Part shown: positions 37,691 through 50,805 of the stretch, piece by piece | How positions within the stretch are numbered: the first letter of the stretch is position 1 | How the letters are laid out: each line of letters begins with the position of its first letter | Assembly (NCBI RefSeq): GCF_006345805.1 | Contig: NC_043000.1 | Span: forward strand, 99,448,001-99,512,000 | Direction of reading: 5' to 3' | DNA from: Octopus sinensis | Lineage: Eukaryota | Length of the DNA stretch: 64,000 nt | Translations under genes and position numbers: made by a program | The notes under the pieces: generated by a model | Seen by the model: the letters and a program-made list of their open reading frames with translations, nothing else | Told to the model about the DNA's origin: nothing | Database searches by the model: none

Positions 37691-37928
37691 CATGTATGTA
37701 TGTATGTATGTATGTATGTATGTATGTATGTATGTAGTAGGTATGTATGTATGTATGTATGTATGTATGTATGTATGTATGTTATGTATGTATGTATGTA
37801 TGTATGATGTATATGAGTATGTATGTATGTATGTGTATGGATGTATGTATGTATGTATGTATGTACGTATGTATGTTGTATGTATGTATGTATGTATGTA
37901 TGTATGTATGTATGTATGTATATGTATG

Positions 37929-37959
<31 letters not shown>

Positions 37960-38088
37960 GTATGTATGTATGTATGTATGTATGTATGTATGTATGTATG
38001 TGTATGTATGTATGTATGTATGTATGTATGTATGTATGTATGTGTATGTATGTATGTATGTATGTATGTATGTATGTATGTATGTATG
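37691..38088. repeat. Long (TATG)n microsatellite, representative of many (TA)n, (CA)n, (TATG)n and (TATC)n tracts (e.g. 10640-10870, 15420-16000, 16380-17120, 20600-20940, 22340-22760)
   Basis: Read directly. Confidence 1.
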
Positions 38089-38242
38089 TCCCATTGCGTG
38101 CCCCCTTGGGCAAGTGTTAAGTTTCTTCTACTATGGCTTCGGCTCGACTCAATCCTTGAATGAATTTGGTAGATAAAAACTGAAAGAAGCCGATGATATC
38201 TATCTATTTATCTGTCTGTATGTATGTTTGTTTTTGGTGTGT

Positions 38243-38320
<78 letters not shown>

Positions 38321-39192
38321 GTATATATATATATGCTGTGTGTTTATATGTGTGTCTGAGTCTGTCAGCTTGACAACCAGTGTTGGTGTGTTTTGCGTCC
38401 TCCGTAACTATGCGGTTCGACAAAAGGAACCGATAGATTTTTAAAAATTGAACCATTGGGGTCGATTCGTTCGACTAAAATTCTTCAATTCTTCAGCATG
38501 GCAGCAGTCAAATGTCTGAAACAAAAGATAACACATACGCACACGTACACATTTGTATTGTGTATGTGTTTACATTTTTTATCACCGAAAATTTACAAAT
38601 TTGACTCAAGGGCCATGCGTGAAACTCTCGTCACTTAAATCATTTTTGTAACATTCTGCCTATTAAGAAATTAGAACCAACTCCTCCAGATATACCCTCG
38701 TATTGAGCCTCTATTTCTGTCGTTTGTTCCTGCAAAACTGTGTATGTATGCATGTATTTATGTTCTTTTCTGTTTTTTTAATCATTTAAATTCTGAAGAA
38801 GGAGCTGGCTCCATTGCTGGAATGTAGATAGTAAAAATAATGTTACATTTTAAACTTGAGAAGACTGAATATTTTTACTTACTCTTTTACTCTTTTACTC
38901 GTTTCAGTCATTTGACTGCGGCCATGATGGAGCACCGCCTTTAGTCGAGCAAATCGACCCCGGGACTTATTCTTTTGTAAGCCCAGTACTTATTCTATCG
39001 GTCTCTTTTGCCGAACCGCTAAGTAACGGGGACGTAAACACACCAGCATCGGTTGTCAAGCAATGCTAGGGGGACAAACACAGACACAAACATACACACA
39101 AATACATATATATACACACATATATATATATACATATATACGACAGGCTTCTTTCAGTTTCCGTCTACCAAATCCACTCACAAGGCTTTGGT
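38085..39192. mobile_element. Family B SINEs: diverged copy 38085-38525 (+) and 38877-39192 (-), the latter truncated at a LINE junction
   Basis: Head, core and tail matches. Confidence 0.82.
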
Positions 39193-40870
39193 AAATTGTT
39201 TTTGTAATGTGCGCTTTAGTTGGTTGATTCTTTTTCTGAAAACTCTAGCTCATCTAGATTGTCACTGAGGCATTTACTCACAAAACTAAGTGCACCAATT
39301 ATTTTTGGTATAGATGTGAATTTATAATTTGGATATAGAAGCTGAAGGTTGTCCATAGTTATCCGCTTTCTCTTTGATTTTTTTTAAGAGACAGGACAGT
39401 TGACCTCTATGGCAGTACATCCGTTTTCCTGTCCGTCACAAACAACAATATCCGGCCTATTATGCTTACACTTGACAGCTGTTTTGATGGGAATGTTCCA
39501 CCAGTATTCCCTGTGTTGATGTTTGTGTATGTATTCAATAACGGGAATTTTCTATATTTATTCCAGGATAGTCATTTTTTCCGAATAGTGTTCTGTATTG
39601 TTTTTGCGACAACGTCATATCGCATATGGAGGTAGTACCTTGATGACATTTTTGGGCAGCGGCTAATCACGTATGATTATACAGGAACATGACATCTACA
39701 TCTTCGGTTGCGTCCTAGAACTCCAAGGGTTTCACTGCCTCGTTTGGTTATTCGGTATTTGGTAGTAATCTCCTCTTCTTGGATTGCAAATTAATAGCTT
39801 TCGAAGTGTGATGTAAAAGTCATGAGCCTAAGAGAGAGGCTTCGCTTCATGTCAATATTATTATTATTATGTTTTGGGGGAACATACTCATGCATAATCT
39901 TTTTTTGGTATGTTGAGCGTTTCCCTTCCAAGTCTTTGAGTTATGTTATAGTCCGGATGTTTTGGAGTTCATTGCTGCTATTCTTTAGCAACTGCTGTCT
40001 GACAGAGACTATACGTTATTCGAAGGCTGTCTACCCTGATCTCAAGCTTCTACCTACTTTATCTCTTCTCAAGTAGAGCCTGTCGATGTCACTATTTCTG
40101 TGGAGATTTCCATTTGATATCAGTATCTTGCGGGTTTTAACATCCATAGCGTGGATTTTCCCTACAGACCAGTCAAGTATCACAAATGTTGGAATCAGCA
40201 CTGATACTACAAATGCATTGTGAATATTGTCTTGTAAAAGAAGTGTTTTGACTGCCATATTTTTCTTAGTCTGGCATTATATTCTCAGGTCACCCTATTT
40301 TTATTCACAGTACCTTCGTATGTTGTTTTCATCAGTACCTAGTTACTTGTAGCATTCTTTGTGTGGGACAGGGAAGATAAAGATGCCATTGAATGCATGC
40401 ACAGGTTTTGGGTCTGAGGGACTGATTCTCCTCGTTCAACAATCAAATATGAACATATATTTCGGCCAAATTCAATTCCTGTGTCAGCTGAAAATATTAT
40501 TAATTCCAGCAGCTTTTTGGCATTGTTAACATTTTAACATAAAGCTTGAGGTCATCCAAGAAATTATGGGTTACATTAATATCCCTAGTAGTTGCACACA
40601 CTAGCATGTAACCATCTAAGTTGCTTCCGTTTAGTAGTTTCATTACGATGTACACTGCAGATTTCTGCTAGGTGTTCTTGAAGAGTGATAGCTGTGTATA
40701 TGAGGGTATTAATACTCCAGTAATTAACATCGCAATTCCAAGTGCTCTCCAGCGACATCATTGATAACTTGCAACTTAAGAGCTATTGAATTTTTTCTTA
40801 ATCTTGTTAAGAACAGCCTGTCATTTTAACGATAGTTTCGAAAAAGCTGAAAGGTTTTCTACGAACTCCA
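39193..40870 (-). mobile_element. Second, distinct decayed RLE-type LINE (R4/Dong-related)
   Basis: rc THNFLDDLKLY, DVKTRKILISNGNLHRNSDIDRLY, ISRCPKMSSRYYLHMRYDVVAK, EYWWNIPIKTAVKCKHNRPDIVV, IEVNCP. Confidence 0.88.
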
Positions 40871-41001
40871 CGAGAATTTAGTAACGGCGGTAGCAGTTTG
40901 TTTACATTATTTTCCATCTCTCTTTTCACTAATGTGATTAGAAGAATATAGGAGAAAGAAAACGCCTATGGACCATAGATATGGAGTTTGCAATTCCAGT
41001 A

Positions 41002-41523
41002 CAGTAGACTGCCACTAATCCGGCAACCTATAATCCGACAAAATCAGTATTCCGGCAGTAATTTTGGCTAGAAAAATTTCAAATAATTTCTAATTTTCCG
41101 GGTCGCCGTGCATAAACACACGCCCATCATTTGTAAACAAAGGCAGGCCTTTCCAGCTTTTTTTTTTTTTCATTTATTATTATACCTTATTCACTTTTAG
41201 CCCCAGCCATGGTTCCAGTGCATGAAGGAAGTGCTTCCCGTGATGTAAAGCGTAAACGCCGTACATTGTTCATAAAAGAAAAAGTTGAAAAACTTGACAG
41301 CGGTGTGTCAGCGAAAAGATTTTGAAAAGATTATACAACGTTGGGTGTTCGACAGTTTACGACATAAAAAAGCCCCCCCCCAAAAAAAAAGACAGAAAGA
41401 CCAGTTACCCTGTTTCTTTGCTAACAGTAAGTAAAGAAAAAAATCAATAATCGATAATCCGGCAAAATCACTAATCCAGCATTCTCCAGGTACCAACGAT
41501 GCCGGATAATCGGCAGTTAATTG
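41002..41523 (+). mobile_element. Internally deleted Tigger/pogo element with TA TSD and transposase N-terminal psq-type HTH remnant
   Basis: TA|CAGTAGACTGCC...GGCAGTTAATTG|TA; ATG at 41209 ...KRKRRTLFIKEKVEKLDSGVS, frameshift, YNVGCSTVYDIKK. Confidence 0.85.
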
Positions 41524-41667
41524 TACCAAAATACACTTTCAGTTTCATTCCTATTACTATTGGAGCAACAGGAAGTCTGTAAGACTTTTTCTAAGATCTA
41601 AAGGATAACGAACGAAACGTGATGCTCTCCTTTACAATATTACAATATTTACCATTTCTAACAGGCA

Positions 41668-41866
41668 AGGCGGCGAGCTGGCAGAAACGTTAGCACGCAG
41701 GGCGAAATGCTTAGCGTTGTTTCGTCTGACTTTGCGTTCTGAGTTCGAATTCTGTCGAGGTCGACTTTGCCTTTCATCCTTTCGGGGTCGATAAATTAAG
41801 TAGCAGTTGCAAATCAACTGCCCCCACCACAAAATTTCGGGCCTTGTGCTTAGAGTAGAAGAGAAT
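41668..41866 (+). mobile_element. Monomeric family A SINE with 10-bp TSD
   Basis: atttctaaca at 41654-41663 and 41867-41876. Confidence 0.88.
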
Positions 41867-42515
41867 ATTTCTAACAAAGTGTGGGTGGGGGTAAAAATTA
41901 ACTCTGTACATACACACGTACATGTATGCCCACATACATACATAGATACATAATACATACATATGCAAATATATGCATGAGAATAAAACGAAACAAAAAT
42001 CTGCACTTGCACTGTACGCATACACATACATGCAAAAATACTGTATTGATGTCGTTGAAATTCCAGTGAAAGAGTCTTGGATCTTGTTTAGAAACCAGCT
42101 CTTACTCTATTGGCAGGAAATTCTGAAATAAAACTGAATGATGAGAGAGAGGAAATGAGCTACGAAAAATACAGGCATTTCCGCATTACAGAAGCGTTGC
42201 CTCCCTGAAAATCTTGACGTAAAGTAGAAACCCGTGACGTGAAATCTACTTCTGCTTATGTTTTACGTTACAGGTTTCCACAACGCAATAGATGCTTCCA
42301 ACTCATAGTGGCTAGTACAATGAATTACGACAACAAAAAAGAAGAAAAATGTACTAAATATCATACAAGATAAATTCTTGACGTAAGGGAATTATCTTCT
42401 TTCAGAGAGATGGTAAACAAACACCTGCGATCGACTCAGAATGAGAAAAGCATATAATCTCAAGGAATCACATCTGTATTAAAGAAACGGTTTGATAATC
42501 TTTGTTGTGGCAAGA

Positions 42516-42913
42516 AGGCGGCGAGCTGGCAGAAACGTTAGCAACGCCGGGCGAAATGCTTATTGGTATTTCGTCTGTCTTTACGTTCTGTGTTCAAATT
42601 CCGCCGAGGTCGACTTTGCCTTTCATCCTTTCGGGGTCGATAAATTAAGTACCAGTTACGCACTGGGGTCGATGTAATCGACTTAATACCTATGTCTGTC
42701 CTTGTTTGTCCCCTCTGTGTTTAGCCCCTTGTGGGTAATAAAGAAATAGGTATTTCGTCTGTCTTTACGTTCTGTGTTCAAATTCTGCCGAGGTCGACTT
42801 TGCCTTTCATCCTTTCGGGGTCGATAAACTAAGTACCAGTTACGTAATGGGGTCGATGTAATCGGCTGGCACTCTCCCCCAAATGTTCAGGTTTTGTGCC
42901 TAGAGTAGAAAAG
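42516..42913 (+). mobile_element. Dimeric family A SINE with 19-bp TSD
   Basis: aatctttgttgtggcaaga at 42497-42515 and 42914-42932. Confidence 0.95.
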
Positions 42914-43344
42914 AATCTTTGTTGTGGCAAGATGTCAGCTGTGAGCACATGTTTCTATCTCAGTAAGCGTCATCAACACAGTGTTGTCTTATTTTAATTT
43001 CAATCAGATATAGACTCACTCATTTAATCGAAAAGAGTAGCAAACATTTATGGCTTAGGTTAATTTCTATAACTGGAAAGAACATGAGCAAAGAAAAAAG
43101 TAAAAAAACTCTAAGTGATCAGTAACATGAATTTAATTTACAAAGATGAATAAAAGTATATTAAATATTCTACTAGAGAAATTCTTGACATGCAGAAAGA
43201 GAGAGAAGAGGAAGGCAAGGAAGAAGGGTATAGTGGAGAGATAAACTCCCTCAAATCACACGCATACAATCATAAAATAGGAATAACGCACACGATAATA
43301 CATTTGAAGAAAAACTAAATGAAGGATAGAGTGATAATGGCTGA

Positions 43345-43420
43345 AATGCAGTAGGATCGAACCCGGGAACTCGTGAATGCAGCGCGAGCCGCTTAACTAT
43401 CCGGATTTGTTGCGCCCAGG
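43345..43420 (-). pseudogene. Degenerate tRNA-like (Cys-like loop) SINE head
   Basis: rc ctcgcg-CTGCATT-cacgag and gggttcgatcc; no acceptor stem. Confidence 0.35.
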
Positions 43421-43652
43421 ATGTTTCATAGATACAGGTACAACACCGACATTCCAAACTCTGATGACTCTGAGCCTCTTATAATCCGCACTAATTTACG
43501 AGCAGGAACTTCAATTTCTTGTAACCACCGGGTTAGTTTACTAGTACCTTGCATTATACAGTATTAATGAACTAGTATAATTTATACTAATGTATAGATA
43601 CCTGTATTTCATTTAATTATGTAAGTAAATTTAATGTTTGCATTATTTAGAG

Positions 43653-43995
43653 CAGGGGTTCTCAACCATTTTTTATCAATGGACTTCTTCGATTGCTATC
43701 TTATTATGACGCCCTCCCCCCCCCCCCATAACCATTCAATGTTTAAAAACTAGTTTTATAGAAACTTTTTCAAAATTCCTGTTTCGTTCTTCACACGTTA
43801 ATTTGTGTAGGTTGAACTATGCAAAACGTTAGAGAAAGAAACCTAGCTGTTTCTTGCAATATATACCAATACATACATCTAAAGCAAAATTTTTCGAATA
43901 CTCTTGTGAATTCCCAATTTGCTATTTTCTTCCGTGGACCCCTAAAAATCTTATATGGACACTCGGGCCATATAGACCTTGGTTGAGAACCACTG
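43653..43995. mobile_element. hAT (Charlie-like) MITE with 8-bp TSD
   Basis: TIR CAGGGGTTCTCAACC / GGTTGAGAACCACTG; TSD atttagag at 43645-43652 and 43996-44003. Confidence 0.92.
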
Positions 43996-44112
43996 ATTTA
44001 GAGTGTGTTGACCAAGGCGACCATCCCTGTTTTGAAAAAAAAACAACCCCTGTAATCTGGGACGGCTTTGGATTTCAAGGTTTTGGAAAATCGATATCGT
44101 AGCTCTATACTG

Positions 44113-44425
44113 GCATCCCGTCGGTTACGATGGCGAGGGTTCCAGTTGATCCGATCAACGGAACAGCCTGCTCGTGAAATTAACGTGCATGTGGCTGAGC
44201 ACTCCACAGACAGGTGTACCTTTAACGTAGTTCTCAGGGAGATTCAGCGTGACACAGCGTGTGACAAAGCTAGCCTTTGAAATACAGGTAGTACTCAGTT
44301 CTTGCCAGCTGACTGTACAGGAGCAACGTGTCTTGCTTAAGATCACAACGCGTCGTCGGGAATTGAACTCACAACCTTGCGACCGTGAACCGAATACTCC
44401 TAAACACTAAGCCATGCGCCTTCAC
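44113..44425 (-). mobile_element. SINE with family E-like head/CORE remnant and the T1 tail of 4050-4441
   Basis: rc gtgaaggcgcatggcttagtg...cttaagcaagacacgttgctcc...tgtatttcaaagg...gagcaggctgttccgttgatcggatc. Confidence 0.85.
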
Positions 44426-45250
44426 CATACCTCTATAATAAAACTTACTCTAGCATTTTATTTTATCGATCCTGATGGATGAATGGCAAAGTTCACCTGA
44501 GCACGATTTAAACACAAAGTTATAAAATGGCCGTAACTGTATTCCCACAGCCATCTCGTCTGATGTTCTGAAGATTTTGCCAACTCACCAGGATACCATT
44601 CCAGCGATTGGCAAAAGTTCAATCGCCATAACGCTTCAACTACTGTCAAACTCGCAAATATAACGTTTCCTCTCGGCATATTTTATCGCAACTACAATAA
44701 CCACTGCTTTTCTAAAAAACATGTTGCATACTCTCTCTTCGCAGAGTCAAATGTTCCTGCAGACCGCACATAATTGTAGCAACCGCGCGCGCCCGTGTGT
44801 ATGTGGTTCTTGACTGTGAACCTTGCATTTCATTATTTCTCGTAGTTCTAAGTTGTCCTTCATTGAAATTTTACTTCTCTCATGGGTAAACATGTTTAGG
44901 GAGTTCTTGATTTCTTGGTTTATGGTAGTTTTGTTGCTTATATTACACCAGACATAGATATTGTGTGATTGTCCTCAATAGGGATTCTAGATTCTAATTC
45001 TGCTATGGGTAGTATTTTTTAAAGGGTTCCTAGTTCTAGGAAGTTTTGCATATATATATATATATATATATATACGTGTGTGTATGTATTGTTTTTAATT
45101 TTCGCACAAGGCCAGTATTTTCAGAAGAGGGGGATTAATCAGTACCATCGAACCCTAGGACTAGACTAGTGCTTTATTTTATCGACACCAGGGGGCTAAA
45201 AGACTTGGGCGTAATCTGCTAGCTCGTCACCCTAATACATACTCTTGTGA

Positions 45251-45299
<49 letters not shown>

Positions 45300-45414
45300 A
45301 CACACTACTTACATGATTTTAGGCGTCCGAAGTAATTATATTATGTCGAATTAGCTGAATTAGTCCTCGATCAACGATCTCATCTCACTACAAACAATAA
45401 TAACAACAATAATC

Positions 45415-45830
45415 CTTTCTACTATAGGCACAAGGCCTGAAATTTTGGGGGAGGGAATAAGTCGATTACATCAATCCCAGTGCGTAACTGGTACTTATTT
45501 CATCAACCCCGAAAGGATGAAAGGCAATGTCGACCTCGGCGGAATTTGAACTCAGAACGTAAAGACAGACGAAATAGCGCTTGGCATTTTGCCCGGCTTG
45601 CTAACGATTCTGCCAGCTCGTTGCCTTATGGCTTCAAATTTTGGCACACAGCCAGCAATTTCAAAGGAGGGCGTAAGCCGATTACACCGACCCAAGTGCG
45701 TAACTGGTACTTATTTCATCGATCCCGAAAGGATGAATGGCAAAGTCGACCTCGGTGGAATTTTAACTCACAACAGACGAAATGTCGCTAAGCATTTTCC
45801 GTGCTAATGATTCCGCCAGCTCACCGCCGC
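45415..45830 (-). mobile_element. Two tandem family A SINEs
   Basis: Heads near 45620 and 45825, cores present. Confidence 0.82.
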
Positions 45831-46653
45831 CGCCTACTACTACTACTACTAATACTACTACTACTACTACTATTACTACTACTACTACTACAAATGATGA
45901 TAATGATGATTTCAAATTCTGGCACAAGGCCAGCAAGTTCGTCAGAGGTCACAAAAATACCTTCACTCATTAAAATATTTTAGCTCTGTTATTTGAAACA
46001 TCTCACACAGAACTGAACAGAAGCGAATAGTGATTTGTAACTAGAAGGAACAGCCTACAGATTTTGTAAAAAATCGAATTGCCTATCAGAGGAAAGGATG
46101 AGCCAGCCAAAGCTGCGGTGTATTAAAATTCTGAACGTAATAGGGTGCAGAGGTCACATATCACCTGCACTATCCGTATTCCTATTACACTTTCAAAAGC
46201 TGATCTTGTCACTCATGGAAGATCAGATGTCAAAAGAGTAATACTAGATGTTTATATGTATTCAGTTATCTCACCCGAGTACTGCTGTACTGCTGTCTTT
46301 ATATTCAACAGTATGTTCATGAATGGCTAGGGTGGATATCCATATTCGACGAATACAGTAATAGAGTGCCATTGTTGGTCAAAGTCTTTGGGCGAATTCC
46401 GAGCTGTATCATCAGATAAAAACTTTAATGCAAAGGTGAAAGCTTGAAATTGAGCCGACGGACACGATTTGTATATATATATAAACTTTTACTTGTTTCA
46501 ATCATTGGACTGCAGCCACTCTGGGGCACCGCCTTGAAAAACTTAATAAGCCGGAAGAAATACCATTGAACATTTTGTTCGACGCGCTAACGATTCCCTC
46601 AGCATGCTGTCTGTATATATACACCCACAAATATATGTACATGTTTGTATATT

Positions 46654-47032
46654 GGCGCAGGAGTGGCTGTGTGGTAAGTAGCTTGCTTACCAACCACATG
46701 GTTCCGGGTTCAGTCCCACTGCGTGGCACGTTGGGCAAGTATCTTCTAATATAGCCTCGGGCCGACCAAAGCCTTGTGATTGGATTTGGTAGACGGAAAC
46801 TGAAGGAGCCCGTTGTATATATGTGTATGTGTGTGCATATGTTTGTGTGTCTGTGTTTGTCCCCCAACATCGATTGAAAACCGATGGTAGTGTGTTTACG
46901 TAGCGGTTCGGCAAAAGAGACCGATAGAATACGTGCTAGGCTTCCAAAGAATAAGTCCCGGGGTCGATTTGCTCGACTATAGGCGGTGCTCCAGCATGGC
47001 CGCAGTCAAATGACTGAAACCAGTAAAAGAGT
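46654..47032 (+). mobile_element. Full-length family B SINE
   Basis: ggcgcaggagtggctgtgtgg...gggttcagtccc...ggcggtgctccagcatggccgc...gtaaaagag. Confidence 0.92.
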
Positions 47033-47384
47033 AATGCATACATGCTTACGCATATGTATGTACGTATGTATGTATGTATATGAGTACCAATATATATATA
47101 TATACGCATTCGTACACACATGCATGTATGCACATAAACTAGAGTGTATATGTTTGTATTTTTCGAGAGACCGTTTCTTGTCCAACGTACATTAAAAATA
47201 AAACAAAGAAAGAAGCAGTAAAAGCAAGGAAAAGAGGAAACGTATGCCAGGAAAAGTTTTTCTCCGGAAAACAAAAATAGAGAAATAAAGACAAAAAGAG
47301 CTAAAACAAATGTATTTAAATGTATAAATTAATTAGCAAACGCTGAGTTTTGACTTTCAAAACACTGGAATATATATATATTAT

Positions 47385-47429
<45 letters not shown>

Positions 47430-48499
47430 TTATAGTGACTTTTACATCATTTATGATTTACAGGGTGGGAAAAGAGAGAAAAAAAACAGGGATTTTGTGA
47501 CATTAGTTAGCAACTATTAAGAACAAAGCTAAAGTACGTATGTATAAGTATCTATGTGCGTGTCTATGTACACGCGCGCGCACACACACACATATGATAC
47601 ATGTATATATGTATATATACGTATTTAAATATGTGTACTCCACCGAAAACAGATGTCAGCCAATGGTATTTACCAGGGAAACCGGAATAAACACCCGGAT
47701 AAGCTTGGAAGTGTAAATATACTTATACTTATATACATACTAACGTGTGCGTGCGTAGACTTATAAGACATACACTCATTTATACACACACTCACACACA
47801 CACACATATATACATATAAATATATATGGATTAATTAATAGTGCAGTACACAGCGGGTTTTGTGATATTAGGGTACTATTAATGAATTAATCCACACTGT
47901 CAGTGCATGCATGCCCTGTTTGGAAATGAGATAGACCAGTTTTAACACTGTTCCAGTCTATATACACTATTAATTAAAGGCTATTAGCTAATTAATAATC
48001 TCTCTGTGGACAGAAATTGCGATATATATATATATAATATTATATATATATATATAATATATATATATAGATACATACATAAACGCTTACATACATACAT
48101 ATGTAAGCGCGCTCGTATGTGTGTGTGTGTGTGCGTGCGCGCGCGTATATGTGTGTGTAACTCATGTAATTAAAGCTTTTCCATAGTTCCAGTCTGGTGC
48201 TCAAGTAGTTTCCTACAATCGTCAGTGAGTGGATGTGAAATAGTTTGGGTATAGTGTGTAAAATCTTGTTATGAATTGAATTACTAGCTAACCTTCCTTG
48301 TTTGCAGTTTGTGTCTTGAAACCCCACCAATGACAATCTTCTTCCTTTCATTCAATGTATCTTTTCTTGACTTGTACGTCTCAATCCATAATGTAAAGTT
48401 TCCGTCGAATATATACATGTTTGATTTGAAAAGGTCAGACGTCACTCAGTATGCATGCTTTTTTTTCTTACTTCTCTTGGTAGTGCTGAAGGCATTTCA

Positions 48500-48690
48500 T
48501 CTCTATATTTTCAGTTACTTCCCTCTAAAGTGAGACAGCCAAAAGGAAGAAAAGGTAGGGTTGTCTTCTCTTGAAAGTTCGATGTTGTTTCTTTTCATAG
48601 TAATCTCCAGTTGGTCTTTGTAGTGCGTCTTTCACCCTGCAGCTAGGTGTTGACCATGGTATACTCGACCAAGGAGGTTCCTATTGGTAC
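48500..48690 (-). mobile_element. RTE-like LINE 3' fragment
   Basis: rc HYKDQLEITMKRNNIEL resembles RTE KRYKDxLKxxMKxxNI. Confidence 0.5.
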
Positions 48691-48989
48691 CAGAACACTA
48701 CCTTCACAGATAGACACATAGCCACTATATGTATATGTATATAGTGTGTATCTGTCTATAACAGTGTGTCATATATATATATATATACACACACACATAC
48801 GCACACACACATACACACACACACACATATATATATATACATATACACACATATATATCACTTCACTACAGTTGTAAATTGCTCGCAAAAAAGGAGTACA
48901 ACTGTCTTTATCTTTAATACTGTTAGTACGTAAACCTGAAGATTGGAGAAAGCGTGAAAGTACTAGTATTATTGCTGTGTGTAATAATC

Positions 48990-49098
48990 TAAAACTGTAA
49001 GAAGAAATAAATGTGAAAATCAGACTATATCGAAATTTGATTCACTAATATGTATATTAGTATATGTACATGTATAATGTGTGTGTGTGTGTGTGTGC

Positions 49099-49171
<73 letters not shown>

Positions 49172-49258
49172 TTATACTGTACATATACTAATATACATAT
49201 TAGTGAATCAAATTTCGATATAGTCTGATTTTCACATTTATTTCTTCTTACAGTTTTA
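48990..49258. repeat. ~100-bp near-perfect inverted repeat with a (TA)n spacer
   Basis: taaaactgtaagaagaaataaatgtgaaaatcagac... / ...gtctgattttcacatttatttcttcttacagtttta. Confidence 0.92.
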
Positions 49259-49357
49259 CATATATATATATATAAAGATCCAGAGATCGAGGTGTAGGAA
49301 GAAAGTTAGCTTCGAGCAATCTGTTGTAAATGTATATATATATATTAAAATAAAAAC

Positions 49358-49660
49358 ACTTTCAGGAACAATAGTAATTTATTGAAACAGAAGGTTGCGG
49401 ATTAATTTACTTTATTGAAGAACGATGAGCAGAAAAAAGATCTTTTTATATTCCGCGGTAGGTGACCAGGGTTGCCGAGCGTGCGAAAAAGAATACAAGA
49501 GTTGCGGATCCGTAACTCTTACACTCTTTTCCACATATACTCGGCAACCCTGGTCGCCTACCGCGAAATATAAAAAGAATTTTTTCTGCTCTTCGTTCTT
49601 TGATAAAGATGAATAATCCGCAACCTTCCGTCTCAATAAACCTCTATTGCTCCTGAAAGT
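49358..49660. repeat. ~300-bp imperfect palindrome centred on GGATCC (49506-49511), flanked by (TA)n
   Basis: ~150-bp arms with scattered mismatches, no spacer. Confidence 0.9.
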
Positions 49661-49662
49661 TG

Positions 49663-49715
<53 letters not shown>

Positions 49716-50743
49716 TTTACCTAATAAGAATTTAGAAACTTCGAGAAAACGTGAAATAAATCTTTTTTTTTTTTTAGCTGTAGAACTGGAAATTGATAAT
49801 ACTGTAAATAATAGCTTGTAAATATTAGGTTAAATCCCTTTCTGGATAGAAAAAGTTGTAAGTTGTGTGTATGTGTGCGTGTGTGAAAGAAAGAAAAAAA
49901 AGAAAGAAAGGGTAGAGTGAAAGAAAAAGAGAGGAGGGAACGGAATAAAAAAAAAGATTGAAAGAATGAGAGGCAACGTGTGCGCGTGTAAAATAAACCT
50001 CCTTTAATCTTTATATAAAACGTCTACAGGATTATCTAAGACATCAGTGAGTTGTTTTTCTCTAGCTTTCTCCGCTTACGAATGTACCTGCTAAAAGATT
50101 TGTTACTTAATTTTCTAGAACCAAATAGATTAAAAGCATATGGAATAATGTTCCTTTAAAACGACTTGCATAGGCTGGTCATCAGGTACAGGTTGACCTT
50201 GCTTATATCCCACCGCCTCCTTACGAATTCACTTAAGTAAATGAATGGTCTGAATTGAGAAACTAGTATTTATAATTTGTAAAAGTTTCAGCTTCAGAAT
50301 ACAATAAAACTATGTCATCTTGTGTTCAAGAATAACTGTGCATAGTTCTTACATTTTGTGATTTCCCTTATAAATAGTTTGTAAACTCAAACATTTATAC
50401 ACGTACGCTCTCGCAGTGATGCACACGCACATAAATGATTCTATGTTAAATTGGCTGTGTAATTGAAAAGCCTGCCTCCTAACCATGTGGTCTTGGGTTC
50501 AATCCCGCATCCTAACATCTTAGGCGAGTGTATTCTGTTATAGCTCATAGCTTTGAGAGTGGATTTAGTAGACGGAAATTGAAAGAAGCCCGTCGTATAC
50601 ATACATACATATATATATAACACTCGAAATTCTAGACTCTTGAGTCACTTTGTTGCTTCTGCTAAGTATTAATGCACACCCCCACACACACATACATATA
50701 AAATCATGTTTTGAGTTTTTCCTGTTTGCACTGCCAAACCTAA

Positions 50744-50805
<62 letters not shown>

